A stretch of DNA of 64,000 nucleotides, taken from contig OX597828.1 in the NCBI GenBank assembly GCA_951406725.2, positions 50,654,001-50,718,000 of the forward strand. Reading direction: 5' to 3'. Each line of letters starts with the position of its first letter. Within the stretch, counting starts at the first letter, position 1. Source of the stretch: Octopus vulgaris (lineage: Eukaryota). This document shows, piece by piece, positions 26,678 through 41,721 of this stretch. A program made the translations under genes and the position numbers. The notes below the pieces were generated by a model that was not told the origin of the DNA, ran no database searches, and saw only the letters and a list, made by a program, of their open reading frames with translations.

Positions 26678-27171
26678 TATGTATGTATGTATGTATGCAT
26701 GTATGTATGTATGTATGTATGTATGTATGTGTGTGTGTATGTATGTATGTATGTATGTAAGTATGTATGTATGTATGTATGTATGTATGTATGTATGTAT
26801 GTATGTATGTATGTATGTATGTATGTATGTATGTATGCATGAATGTATGTATGTATGTATGCATGAATGTATGTATGTATGTATGCATGTATGTATGCAT
26901 GCATGTATGTATGTATGTATGTATGTATGTATGTATGCATGCATGTATGTATGTATGTATGTATGTATGTATGTATGTATGTATGTATGCATGTATGTAT
27001 GTATGTATGTATGTATGTATGTATGTATGTATGTATGCATGCATGTATGTATGTATGCATGTATGTATGTATGTATGTATGTATGTATGTATGTATGTAT
27101 GTATGTATGTATGTATGTATGCATGTATGTATGTATGTATGTATGTGTATGTATGTATGTATGTATGTATG

Positions 27172-27203
<32 letters not shown>

Positions 27204-27260
27204 TGTATGTATGTATGTATGTATGTATGTATGTATGTATGCATGAATGTATATGTATGT
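26678..27260. repeat. long (ATGT)n microsatellite
   Basis: direct inspection. Confidence 0.97.
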
Positions 27261-27600
27261 ACGTTCTTCTCTTTCTCCTTTTAAGTTTAGATTAAATATT
27301 AATTGGCCACCTGAGCAAGGTTGTGAAGGAAAGAATCATCTTTTAAGCACCGTCCTTTAAATCTTTCAGATTTTTATTGTTCCAGATTTCGTGATCGTCT
27401 CAAGCATATGATTTAAAGATAGGCATTCTCTTCCCAAGATTCCAAGTGCATCGTACTTTGGTTCAGACGAGTTGGTATGTATCCTGTATGCTTGCATGTC
27501 ATTATTCAGTTTTATTTCAAGATTTCTTGCCAATAGAGAAAGAACCGGTTTCTAACCTAGATCCAAGGCTCCTTCGTTGGAATTTCAACATCAACAACAA

Positions 27601-27990
27601 GGAGTGGCTGTTTGGTAAGTAGCTTGCTAACCAACCACATGGTTCCGGGTTCAGTCCCACTGCGTGGCATCTTGGGCAAGTGTCTTCTGCTATAGCCCCG
27701 GGCCGACCAATGCCTTGTGAGTGGATTTGGTAGACGGAAACTGAAAGAAGCCTGTCGTATATATGTATATATATATAAGTGTGTGTGAATATGTTTGTGT
27801 GTCTGTGTTTGTTCCCCTAGCATTGCTTGACAACCGATGCTGGTGTGTTTACGTCCCCGTCACTTAGCGGTTCGGCAAAAGAGACCGATAGAATAAGTAC
27901 TGGGCTTACAAAGAATAAGTCCCGGGGTCGATTTGCTCGACTAAAGGCGGTGCTCCAGCATGGCCGCAGTCAAATGACTGAAACAAGTAA
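27601..27990 (+). mobile_element. SINE family A
   Basis: close match to 13140-13505. Confidence 0.9.
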
Positions 27991-28711
27991 AAAAAAAAAA
28001 AAATGTATGTATGTATGTATGTATGTATGTATGCATGCATGTTTGCATGTATGTATGTTACGTATGTATGTTATGTATGTATGTATGTTATGTATGTATG
28101 TATGTTACGTATGTATGTATGTTATGTATGTATGTATGTATGTATGTATGTATGTATGTATGTATGTATGTATGCATGCATGATTGCATGTATGTATGTA
28201 TACATACGTGCAGATTTGTATACTTTTTTTATGTATGTCTTCTCATGAACATATTTGCATATCTAGACATGTTCATGTATACTTAAATGATAAACCTCTG
28301 GAAAGTTTTACACATTTTTTCAGTTCCAGTGATGGTTTCGATCTGTAGTTTTCGAATCACCTTTCTCGTTTTGGGTTTTGAGAGGCCTAATTTCTCGAGA
28401 TTGGTATGTAGGCAGTGTGTTACATATCCCAGTGTTCCAATAATTACAGGTATAAATCTGAAATTCTAATCTGGATAGGGTAACTGCAGATCTCTCAATA
28501 GTTCTGCGTCGGTTTTCACTGATCTTCAGCTTTACGTTAACATCCGCTGGGTAGGTAGCTGATTTCCACAACTGTACGTATGTATGTATGTATGTATGTA
28601 TGTATATATGTGTATTATGTATGTATGTATTTATCTCCTTATTCACTTTATTTCCAGATTTCTTGCAGATAGAGAAAGAACTGGTTTCTAACTTAGATCC
28701 AAGAGGAAATA

Positions 28712-28932
28712 TCTATTTTTTTACTACCCACAGAGGGGACAAACAAGAACAGACAAACGGATTAAGTCGATTACATCGACCTCAGTTCGTAACTGGTACT
28801 TAATTTATCGACCCCAAAAGGATGAAAGGAAAAGTCGACCTCGGCGGAATTTGAACTCAGAACGTAACGGCAGACGAAATACGGTTACGCATTTCGCCCG
28901 GCGTGCTAACGTTTCTGCCAGCTCGCCGCCTT
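28712..28932 (-). mobile_element. SINE family B
   Basis: antisense copy ending ctgccagctcgccgcc. Confidence 0.88.
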
Positions 28933-29245
28933 CGTGTGACTGATACTAATAAATACATTTTATTGTCGCCGACTCGTCTATCTCTTGTTCATTTGAACGA
29001 TCATCCATCCGTTTTATACCAGTAACATTACTTTACACACACATGCACATACACACACACATATACGCGTGCGTATTTAAGTGTATGATTGTGTATGTGT
29101 GTGTGTGAACTAATGACTACTGTTCAGAAAATGCATTACAAGAAGAATAGAATTAAAACAGTGTTATACAAGATGTTGGCAAGAGGGATAGGTCTACCAG
29201 TATGTTAATTACAAACACTATCTCTCCATTTAACTACACACACTC

Positions 29246-29278
<33 letters not shown>

Positions 29279-29443
29279 AACAAAAACACACTCATATACA
29301 CACACACAAATACATACAAAAATACAAATAGAAGGATTGTGTGACAGACAGACATATAGGTAGATAGGTAGATAGGTGGATAAAGAGAAAGAGAGAGCGA
29401 ACGAGAAAGAGAAAGTGAAAGAAAGAGAGAGAGAGAAAGATAG

Positions 29444-29480
<37 letters not shown>

Positions 29481-29764
29481 AGAGAGAGAGAGGACAACCG
29501 CTGTTTACTATGTACAGACTGACAGATAATGTGAGATAACCTCACCTATCCACAGATGAACGGTTAAAACTATCTGTCTTTTCGCGATATTCATATAATT
29601 CATTTCCCGTTACGTTAAATATGGTTTTGCAGATATTAAACCCGCCACCACACACCTCCATGCCGGCTGAACGTTTATGTAATTGCAATGATTTCATTTA
29701 TATTCACAGACATATCTTTGGAGATGATTACACTTCACAAAGTGACTTCATGCGTACGTAACGC

Positions 29765-30890
<1,126 letters not shown>

Positions 30891-31409
30891 CTGTAGTCTT
30901 TTCACACATACCCACGTGTATACTACATACTCAAGTACGTCAGACATACACACACCTATTTACACATGAAAAACTTTAAAGTAGGCTTGTACGTTGTGAT
31001 AATTTGAAAACTAATGCAGCCGAAGGGGGTTGGCTGTTTGCATGTGATTATGAAAGCTATAGTTTGTTAATACCCTTGACATATTAGTAACTGTGTGCTA
31101 ATAATGTGGCCGCTTGCATCTGAAACTGTGTGACAGGGTGTGATAGTGGCCATTAATTCATGGTGTGTTTTAAATCCGACATCTACTCTGAAACTGTAGA
31201 GGTATGAGTACAGCCAGACTTTCTGCGTTACAATGTTTATCAGCGTGAATATCTGTTGATATTGGTGTTGCAGTTATAGATATACGCAGAGAGCAATTCG
31301 GCAATAGCGATAGCCGGCGTTCAAAACAGATTCACTGATAAAGGTACAACTGATATAATATTTGGGTTGGAGGAAATTAAAACTTATTTTCCGAAGACTC
31401 TAAAAACAT

Positions 31410-31780
31410 AGGTGCAGGAGTGGCTGTGTGATAAGTAGCTTGCTAACTAACCACATTGTTCCGGGTTCAGTCCATCTGCGTGGCGCCTTGAGCAAGTGTC
31501 TTCTACTTATATCCTCGGGCCAACGAAAACCTTGGGAGTGGATTTAGTAGACGAAAACTGAAAGAAGCCTGTCGTATATATATGTATATGTTTGTGTGTC
31601 TGTGTTTGTGCCCCCTCTTCGCTCCACAACAGATGTTGGTGTGTTTACATCCTCGTTACTAAGCTGTTCGGCAAAACAGACCGATAGAACACGTACTAGG
31701 CCTGCAAAGAATAAGTCCTGGGGTCGATTTGTTTGACTAAAGGCGGTGCTCCAGCATGGCCACAGTCAAATGACTGAAAC
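31410..31780 (+). mobile_element. SINE family A
   Basis: ggtgcaggagtggctgtgtg...gactgaaac. Confidence 0.88.
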
Positions 31781-31816
31781 TATATATATAAATACATATA
31801 TATATATATATATTAG

Positions 31817-31848
<32 letters not shown>

Positions 31849-31975
31849 TTTGTATATAGAGGGCATTATTATACATACATGCCACACGCTAAGAGGGACA
31901 AAATTAGTCATTTCCACCAAAAGTTTTACTAATCCAACCGAATGCAATTTTTCAAAGTAAGACATTTAAAATATG

Positions 31976-32022
31976 GACTTGTATCACCTGTGATTTCATA
32001 CCTCTGTATTCATCAGCAAGTC
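31976..32022 (-). ncRNA. type I hammerhead ribozyme, copy 1
   Basis: gacttg-CTGATGA-atac agag gtat-GAA-atca cagg tgat-A-caagtc: canonical core, stems I/II/III of 6/4/4-5 bp, AUA triplet; predicted cut between 31982 and 31981. Confidence 0.88.
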
Positions 32023-32433
32023 TGGGTGTATCATAAATAAACGACCCTACATCGTCAAAGCCGGGCAGCCAACTGATCAACATCAACGACGCACATGGGT
32101 TAGTTTACATATATTATATCCGGTAAATGGCAGACTTTTACGAATTGCATTTCGGGAAAGGAAAAGTTTTTTCGGAATAAAAATTTAGCAATTAAGGACA
32201 ACCTCTTAATAAGGAAAACCTAACAAGAAATTATCGGGTAGATAGCGTGAAAAACCTCATAAGAGAAAAAATTTCGAAAATAATTCTTTCTCATTTAACA
32301 TATTAATGTGTATATAGAGGGCATTATTATACATACATGCCACACGCTAAGAGGGACAAAATTAGTCATTTCCACCAAAAGTTTTACTAATCCAACCGAA
32401 TGCAATTTTTCAAAGTAAGACATTTAAAATATG

Positions 32434-32480
32434 GACTTGTATCACCTGTGATTTCATACCTCTGTATTCATCAGCAAGTC
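32434..32480 (-). ncRNA. type I hammerhead ribozyme, copy 2
   Basis: identical to copy 1, 458 bp away; predicted cut between 32440 and 32439. Confidence 0.88.
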
Positions 32481-32879
32481 TGGGTGTATCATAAATAAAC
32501 GACCCTACATCGTCAAAGCCGGGCAGCCAACTGATCAACATCAACGACGCACATGGGTTAGTTTACATATATTACATCCGGTAAATGGCAGACTTTTACG
32601 AATTGCATTTCGGGAAAGGATAAGTTTTTTCGGAATAAAAATTTAGCAATTAAGGACAACCTCTTAATAAGGAAAACCTAACAAGAAATTATCGGGTAGA
32701 TAGCGTGAAAAACCTCATAAGAGAAAAAATTTCGAAAATAATTCTTTCTCATTTAACATATTAATTTGTATATGGAGGGCATTATTATACATACATGCCA
32801 CACGCTAAGAGGGACAAAATTAGTCATTTCCACCAAAAGTTTTACTAATCCATATATATATATATATATATATCAGTAG

Positions 32880-34597
32880 ATACTACATAATAAAACTAAA
32901 GGGGTTTATACCTGGTAGCTTACTAGTAAAGCACGGTAATTTTCACAGTGTTCGTTATGTGTCTCGTTAATGAGAGATGGAAGATGGAAGATACGAGAAT
33001 TTTTATTAATCACTACAATTGTTTCGATCCTTCACGAGTAGGGTATTTAATAACTGGCTTAGGAGCATGCGACGGTGCAGATGTGTCTCTTTGGCTGATA
33101 AAGAGATACAACTCGTTAAAATAACAGGTTAAAATAACAGTTCCTCAATGTATCTTCTTAGTACTTGTAAGGAAAAGCAGCTAACTAAAGGATATAGCTT
33201 CATTTATGTAGAAGACCAATAACAAAATAACAGATGCAAAATAGAAACCAACATGCAATATCGTGCTAAAATTATTGAATATAATCGTTAACGGATATGG
33301 ATCTATAAACGCCCTCGCTTAGCTTGTATGACGTCTGTTCACTCGCTCATACAAACAGCCAGCAAAATATAAACATACATAAACGTGTGGTTTGACTCAC
33401 ATACGTTCATATAGCGAGTTAAATAGCTACTTGGTGTTTATATGAATGGGGAGGCTGAAGCTAAATTTAATTCAGCTATACCTTAAGGTGGAATATGCTA
33501 ATAGTTACTCAAATGGCCTGAACTCTTTGCATGAACACCCACCCTGTACATAACTCCAAGTCCCCCTACATGGTCTTGCTTTTGCTTTTTGAGCCAAAAA
33601 ATTAACTTAAACTTAAACTTAAACTTAAACCCCCTGCATTGTGTGTGAGTGCATTTATATGTATTTAAGCATCTTGAGACTCTTTCAGAAATTCTATTAA
33701 TGATCTTCTCATTGATCCACAGAATACACACGGATTCATCGGAGCAGAGTCGGCATATCTTGGAAAAGATATATTGTTTTGCGTGCCTAACTATGGACCA
33801 AGTTATGTTATATCTAATTTTATCTTTCTAAAGTCACCACACAAAATCGGCCAAAGATGCTTAATGTCCCATTGACTTTCTTGAAGCAAGACATGGGTGC
33901 GATAACGATTCTTGACTGAATCAGCCGTTGGCGCAAAGTAAACATACGGCCATCCTCTTGTGTGCACGATACATTTATATACAAGGTTTGTACTCATACA
34001 GAGGTTCATCAATGGGCATTTTGATTTTTCTTTGCATGTGCATTTATTGTATTTATTTGTATATATAGCAATTCTGACTTCTTTTTTTGAAGTTGTTACC
34101 GTGTTGCCAATATCAAAATTATTTTTACTATCTCGATTTGGCCGTATCTTTGCTTTTCTTTGCGGTTTATATATCCTTTGTTGGTACATTGATGCATATG
34201 TTTGCTAGTTCCAGAAGGTGACTTATTGAGCTGTTGTTACATTTTACTATCGTTCAAGCGGTGCATATGCTGCTCTAAATTAACAGAGTTACCGTACGAT
34301 ATCTTCACTGTGTGTCTATTAAAATAGCATCTGTTATGATATTATTGGCCTTCTATATAAATGAAGCTATATTCTTTAATTTGGTGATTTTCTTCGCAAG
34401 AACTGAGAAGATACATTCTGGAACTGTTATTTTCACATGTTATTTGAACGAGTTGTATCTGCTTATCACCCGAGGGGACACATCTGCATCATTGTAGTTG
34501 CTAAGGATCCTTATCGTGAGGAATCGATGTTCGATGTGTCGAAATGATTATAGAGATTAATAAAAACTCTTGTATCTTCCATCTTCCGTTTCCCATT

Positions 34598-34600
<3 letters not shown>
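32880..34600 (-). mobile_element. decayed Penelope-like element: GIY-YIG region bounded by inverted terminal repeats
   Basis: KCTCKEKSKCPLMNLCMSTNLVYKCIV...YVYF..TADSVKNRYRTH and ITWSIVRHAKQY..SKICRLCSDE..CIL; ~32965-33240 is an inverted diverged copy of ~34315-34600; each repeat holds a decayed HHR. Confidence 0.8.
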
Positions 34601-34685
<85 letters not shown>

Positions 34686-34811
34686 TTTTTGTGCGCGTGT
34701 ATATATATATATATATATATAAATGGATGGATAGATGGCCAGATGTATATGTATTCCTGAATACATATACAGACATACCTATGCGCGCGCACACACACAC
34801 ACACACATACC

Positions 34812-34845
<34 letters not shown>

Positions 34846-36585
34846 GATGGATGGATATATGGCCAGATGTATATGTATTCCTGAATACATATACAGACAT
34901 ACCTATGCGTGCGCACACACACTCACACATATATATATATATATATGCATAGGTATGCATGTGCGTTTTTATGTATCTTTACATACACGTCTATGTGTGT
35001 GATTGTGTGTATTGACATTATACAAAAGTGTGCATGTATGGTCACACGCAATATTGACGGATACATGTGTATATACCACGTAACAACACTTCATAAAATG
35101 TGAAATGAATCGAGTAGAATCTCTGCATAAGTTTCTTATCTGGATGTTTTCCATGACAAACAAAATGGTTGAAATATCTCGTTTCCTAAATTTGTCAGAG
35201 TCACCTTTCGATTATCTTCCTTCGGTTTCCTTCCTAATCCTCTTGAGCTGACATCTGTGGTTGATCTGTGCTTGATCTACGCGCAGTTATAAAACACTAC
35301 TGTATGTATTATAAATATAAGAATGCTTTTATAATATGGAACAATCTGTTTTACTTTCGTTCCTATTCACTTGCAAAGCATGACAGTTATGGATTTTATT
35401 TTCTATATCTTTTAGACTACAAGTGAAAGCAAACCAGTGAAAGCAAACCAATTAGAGTATTTATATTTTCTCATGGAAATCATTCTTTTTATTCATTTCT
35501 ATAGTTATTGTTATCGCTGACATTTTTGTTCCGACTATCTTCAGCCATAATAATCCTGTTGCTATTGTTGGAGATGTCGTGTTTGTTAAGAACGTTTTTT
35601 TCTTTTACCATGTAATCCTACGCAACTTACTTATGAGCAGCCACCTTTTCTATCAACACATTTAAGAATCTTTCCTGATTAGAATCCAGTTTTTCATCCC
35701 TATGCATGGAAATTCCTCACAACCGATTTTCCCGCCTCTGATATCAACTTCCATCTGTTAAAATATGACTTTCCCTACTGCTATCAGATTTTCTCTCCTC
35801 ACTTCCTCGCCAGGTTTACAAAAGATGACACGAACCCAATAACCGCTACAGATACGTTTCATTTTCTTCTGGTATTTCAATTATTTTCGTACACTAAATC
35901 CTGGAATCTTGAACAAGTATATCATGTAACACAAATATGTTGCGTAGCAGTTTTGATGGTGCTTACTGAACACGTGAATCTGATCCCGTCATTAATTCTT
36001 CAGTATTGGTCACATGATAACTGAAATATTGTTCTTGGTGATATTATTTTGGTTAAAAGGTAACGGTGGGATCCAAGACAGTATAGCTGTCTCAAGACGG
36101 GTGGGGAGAAGGAGGAGTGCGTCATCAACTGGAGACTCAGCCTGAATCATAATGATAAGGTGGATTAATGGTGCCAGGTCATGCTATTAAGCTAGAACAA
36201 TGGATTAAGCTCACCATATAAGTAGTAGATTATGGTGGGATTTGAACTCAAATGCAAAGAGCCGCCAAAACAAATATTGCTAGCAAACCGGTTTAACGTT
36301 GGCACTATTCCATCAACCCACCATCCCAAATTCGCTCTTTTGCATCGATCTCGGAAGAACAAAATCAAAATTTGTCTCAGTGGAATTGGAACTCACAAAG
36401 TTGAGAGTTAGTACAAATATTGCAAGTCTTTTCGTCCAACTCTAGAACGACACGGCCAATTCTTCCCTCATTCTATTATTGATGTCGTTGTCACAATTCT
36501 GCAATTCTTCTTATAGTTATTATTCAATTATACAAATTTTTGAGAATACGGCGAAAAGGTAAAATCGTGAGAGTGTTGGACAAAA

Positions 36586-37030
36586 TGAAAGGCAAAGTCG
36601 ACCTCGGCGGAATTTGAGCTCAGAACGTTAAGACACACGAAATACCTATTTCTTTATTACCCGCAAGGGGCTAAACACAGAGAGGACAAACAAGGACAGA
36701 CAAACAGATTAAGTCGATTATATCGACCTCAGTGCGTAACTGGTACTTAATTTATCGACCCTGAAAGAATGAAAGGCAAAGTCGACCTCGGTGGAATTTG
36801 AACTCAGAACATAAAGACAGACGAAATACCTATTTCTTTACTACCCACAAGGGGATAAACACAGAGGGGACAAACAAGGACAGGCACACGGATTAAGTCG
36901 ATTATATCGACCCCAGCACGTAACTGGTACTTATTTAATCGACTTCGAAAGGATGAAAGGCAAAGTCGATCTCGGCGGAATTTGAACTCAGAACGTAACT
37001 ACAGACGAAATACCGCTAAGCGTTTCGCCC
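36586..37030 (-). mobile_element. SINE family B tandem multimer, ~184-bp period
   Basis: tgaaaggcaaagtcga..tcgg.ggaatttga.ctcagaac at ~36586, ~36770 and ~36955. Confidence 0.88.
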
Positions 37031-37424
37031 ACCTTATTAGCGGTGCTGTTGTTGCTTGTGTCATTGGTTGAAACAAATTTATTAGCACAGTTTTAAAACT
37101 ATACTGATGTGGTATCACATCCACTTTTTATTGTGTGGATTGTTGTAATTTCTTTCATTTTTGTTGATTGGTTTTGTATTGATGTTAAATTTGTTTGATT
37201 AAAATTTTATTTTAAACGAAACCTCCAATTCAAAAGACATTAAATCCTAACTATGAAAGAAAACAAAACATTGAAACATTGATTTTTTTTGTTGATAACT
37301 TTAAATATCGACGACTGTGATTTTTCTACTACTGAGTAAAAAGAAGAAACATTGAATAAAAAAAATAACAAATATCAAATACTAAACGTTGTAAAAACAA
37401 ATAAAGTCTATCAACGCCGTTGTC

Positions 37425-37720
37425 ATAATCATCGTTATCATGTTTCTGATCATCATCATCATCCATCATCATCATCACCGTCATCATTATCATCGTAGTC
37501 GTTGTTGTCCGCCTAGTTCTTGTCACCGTCATTGTTATCGTCGTCATCGTTGGCATCGTCATCATCATCGTTGTCCTCCTCCTAATCCCCCTCCTCCTCC
37601 TTCTAATCCCCCTCCTCCTCCTCGTTCTCCTATCCTCTCCTCATCCCACTCCCCTCCTCGTCTTCACCCCCACCATCATCTCAGCAGCAGCAGCAACCAC
37701 ATTAGCAATAACCGCAAGAG

Positions 37721-37751
<31 letters not shown>

Positions 37752-37820
37752 GTCATCGTCGTCATCATCATCAGTAGCAACTGGAGTAGAAATAGCCACA
37801 GCTGTAGTAGTAGCAAGTGT
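37425..37820. repeat. degenerate (TCA/TCG/CCT)n low-complexity tract
   Basis: direct inspection. Confidence 0.85.
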
Positions 37821-38246
37821 GATGTAAAACATTAAAGTACAGAAATTACGGTGATTAGGAAGAATTTATTTTTTCTCTCTCAGAAAAAGCAAATGTCACA
37901 AATAATATGGCGATATCAGAATGATAGAAACATATAAGGAGAAAAGAGAGAGAGAGAGAGAAAATCTCTGCAGCTGAGAATCGTCGAATTCCATAGTAAC
38001 TACTTCCGGCATTTTATAGCATTTTCGTGGATGCATCTACATCATTATACATACATGCATACATACATGCATGCATACATACCTGCCTGCAAACGTTTTA
38101 GTCTATATAGGCATCATTACATTTAGTTAAGCATGTATTATTGGTGCACAGTAGTTTAATGTGGCATATAAATGGAGCTCTAATCCTAATGGTAACGTGT
38201 CGTGCACTTAAAACACATCTTACATTTATTTTCAAATATGTATATA

Positions 38247-38421
38247 TTCTTTTCTACTCTAGGAACAAGGCACGAAATTGTTTTTCTTTTTTTTGTGTGT
38301 GTGTGTGTCTGGGGGGGGGGGTCTAGTCGATTAGATCAATCTCAGTACGCAACTGGTACGTAATTTATTGACCCCGAACAGGTGAAAGACAAAGTGAACC
38401 TCGGCAGAATTTGAGCTCAGA

Positions 38422-38422
<1 letters not shown>
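38247..38422 (-). mobile_element. SINE family B, 3' part
   Basis: agtcgattagatc...aactggtac...aaagtgaacctcggcagaatttgagctcag. Confidence 0.75.
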
Positions 38423-38456
<34 letters not shown>

Positions 38457-38551
38457 AGAGTTAGAGGTTAGACAATTATCCAAGAGATAATAAAAATATC
38501 CAATATACTACTGGATGTATACCTATATATATATATATATATATATATATA

Positions 38552-38600
<49 letters not shown>

Positions 38601-38809
38601 ATCCAAATGGTTACTGTTGCACGGCAATAGTGCAATTGAATAATAGGTATGTACGGAGGTAAACAAAAGTTTAACCGGAATTTATAAGCCAAGGAAAAGA
38701 TAGAGAAGATAATTAATTGACAAACATCCGCTTACAATCATCTGCTAGATCCATTTATTCATTAATTACATTCATATGAATATAAACGAATAAGTAAGAA
38801 TAGGTGGTG

Positions 38810-39196
38810 GTGGAAGCACTCCGTCGGTTACGACGACGAGGGTTCCGGTTGATCCGAATCAACGGAACAGCCTGCTCCTGAAATTAACGTGTAAGTGCCT
38901 GAGCACTCCACAGACCCGTGTACCCTTAACGTAGTTCTCGGGGATATTCAGCGTGACACAGATAGTGACAAGGCCGGCCCCTTGAAATACAGGTACAACA
39001 GAAACCGGAAGTAAGAGTGAGAGAAAGTTGTGGTGAAAGAGTACAGTAGGGATCACCACCATCCCCTGCCGGAGCCTCGTGGAGCTTTAGGTGTTTTTCG
39101 CTCAATAAACACTCACAACGCCCGGTCTGGGAATCGAAACCGCGATCCTATGACCGCGAGTCCGCTGCCCTAACCACTGGGCCATTGCGCCTCCAC
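38810..39196 (-). mobile_element. SINE family C
   Basis: tRNA-like head on the minus strand nearly identical to 19520-19617. Confidence 0.85.
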
Positions 39197-39604
39197 AAGT
39201 AAGAATGAGTGAATATAACTCTAATCATACAGCTTTTCTCCTTTGGGTGTTCAGCATACCAAAGTTCACACATCATACAAAGATTATACAAAGACTGTAC
39301 AAAAATTGAACAAAAATTGAACATCAAAGCTTCATCAGAGAGTCCATAATAGCAAAAATTAAACAAGTAAAAAGTAAAATAAAATAACAAAAAAACTAAA
39401 GAATTGTAAATAGTAAATTCCAAGATAATATCCAGCGGTTGTGAGATCACATCTTATTTCAATCTAATGGGTTATATATATATATATATAAGCCTGCACG
39501 CTTAGCCAGCGGGGTGGCGTCGTTCGGAGGCTAAAACAATGCGAACGCATTGTGACCAGCGATGTGTAGCAACATCTGATGGTCTGGTCGGTCACGTGAT
39601 CACG

Positions 39605-39662
<58 letters not shown>

Positions 39663-40154
39663 TAAGTAACAAGCGGAGGAATTTGATTATCCCCATGTGG
39701 TGAGTTGTCTAATCTATAAAATGAAGAAGGCGAACGTTGATACAAATTGGATTTTTATGTAGAAAGGGGTCTAAATGGGGCTGGAAGGGGATTAAAATTT
39801 ACAGGAGGGGGTAACTTGAGGTGAGAAATTTATTGGAAGATTTGGGGTGCTAACGTGGGTCCTTTGGTGTGAAAACGGGGATTTTATTGATTTTTGGTGA
39901 CACTTGGGGGTCTAGATTGAACACCTTTTGCCCGATTTCAATCGAATTTTCAACATGGTTAATTTGAAGGGGATTTGTAATTTAAGCGCGGGAAAATGGT
40001 TTCAAAATTTTGAAAATTAAGACAAGATTTTTGAAGTTGAAACAAACATTCTCATTTTTATTTATTTTTGCCTTTTATTTTTTATTGTTTCTAGTTTTCG
40101 TTTTTTATGAAAGAAATTTACAGCTGCACGTAGCATTTTCCGTCCTTAATTTCT

Positions 40155-40219
<65 letters not shown>

Positions 40220-40706
40220 TATTATAAAAGGCAGATTTTATCTGCTTCCCTTTGTCAGTTATAGAAATCTACAATATTGGATTTCTTCAATTACAATTTA
40301 CCTAGCATTTTTAAGAGTAGAATGCATCGGGTCATGCCAGGTCCAGTTTTTAAAATTTAAACTCCAATTAAGCAAAATTTACAGAAAACTCACATTCTGG
40401 TGTGCTTTTCTTAGTCTGGTTTACAGCACACGCAAACGCACACACACAGTGTGCAACGAATAAAGTGAAACTAATTCAGTGTGTTGACAGGTAGACAATA
40501 GAATGCGATGACGATGGCGATGTAATATTTGTTTCTGTCTATGACGCTGATAGATACATGAGTAAAATGTATGGGAAGCTAAGAGATAAGAGTGAGTGAA
40601 AATGTTCTTGGGAGAGAGTAAATAGCGAGAGAGAGTGATTTGAGGAAGACTTTACATTAAATAACCGTAGTGGCTTGTGTTAGTAATAAAGTAAACATAC
40701 ACTCAT

Positions 40707-40743
<37 letters not shown>

Positions 40744-40957
40744 TACACACACACATACATACACACACACATACATACATACACACATACATACATACAT
40801 ATACATACATACATATACATACATACATACACACACACATACACACACACACAGTATTGAAGCTTGAGAACAATCAGATACATTTGCAACACATCTGTTG
40901 AAAATATTGTTCACACACATGCATATACATATATACATACATACAGACAGACAGATA

Positions 40958-40993
<36 letters not shown>

Positions 40994-41149
40994 ATCCAGC
41001 ATGGCCACAACCTCAAGGCTGAAACATATAAAAGAATAATAGAATATGAATGTGTGCATGTGTGTGAGAGAGAGAGTGTGTGTGTATATGTATGTATGTA
41101 TATATATATAATAATGCGGTTTTTTCAACAGCTTGAACTAAAAGTCAGA

Positions 41150-41700
41150 AGGGAATGGGATAAACTACTTATATTAACTTGCTATAAAAGCAGGTAGTAA
41201 TTTTATCTTGTCCTTATTCATAGTGCAAGTTTTGAAGAGTGCATTTCGATTTTAACAGCTATTTTTTTCAAAGCTATGTTGGAAGTAACAAAGGAGTATA
41301 TTTGGCATATTTTGCTTTATGAGTTCAATAAAGACAACAACGCAACGGAAAGTACAAGACATATTAATGCAGTATATGGGGATTGGACAATAAGCGTAAG
41401 GCAGTGTCAATGGTGGTTCCAGAAATTCCGAGCCATAAACTACAGCCTAGAAGACGAGCCTCATCCTGAAAGATCTGTAGAACTCGACAAGGACATCCTG
41501 AAAACCCTGGTGGAACAAAATCTCATCGTAACTGTTGAGGAACTAGCAGAGAAGCTTGGATTTGGTCATTCAACCATTCATTGAGACCTGTGTGCTATCG
41601 GAAAAGTCAGCAAATTGGGTCAATGGGTTCCTCACGAACTTTCCGAGTCTAATTGCATGCAGAGAGTGAATGTATGCTTTTCTTTGCTGTCACATCTCAC
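41150..41700 (+). mobile_element. mariner transposase 5' half, pseudogenised
   Basis: ORF 41276-41584 MLEVTKEYIWHILLYEF...WWFQKFR..NYSLEDEPHPERS...TVEELAEKLG, continuing past a stop to KLGQWVPHELS. Confidence 0.9.
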
Positions 41701-41721
41701 CACTACTGCGCTATGTATATC

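Larger units (their letters stand above)
31844..32852 (-). mobile_element. tandem array (~2.2 x 458 bp) of a non-coding hammerhead-containing unit: retrozyme-like element or tandem PLE terminal repeats
   Basis: unit starts at 31844, 32302 and 32760; copies differ at only a few bases; each full unit has an intact HHR on the minus strand; (TA)n on both sides. Confidence 0.85.

Noticed and set aside
31844-32852. CRISPR-like array or ordinary satellite
   Set aside because: No repeat-spacer alternation; the units are contiguous near-identical 458-mers in eukaryotic DNA and each full unit contains an HHR.
41276-41584. SETMAR-like host gene
   Set aside because: No SET domain; in-frame stop and truncation show it is a mariner relic.
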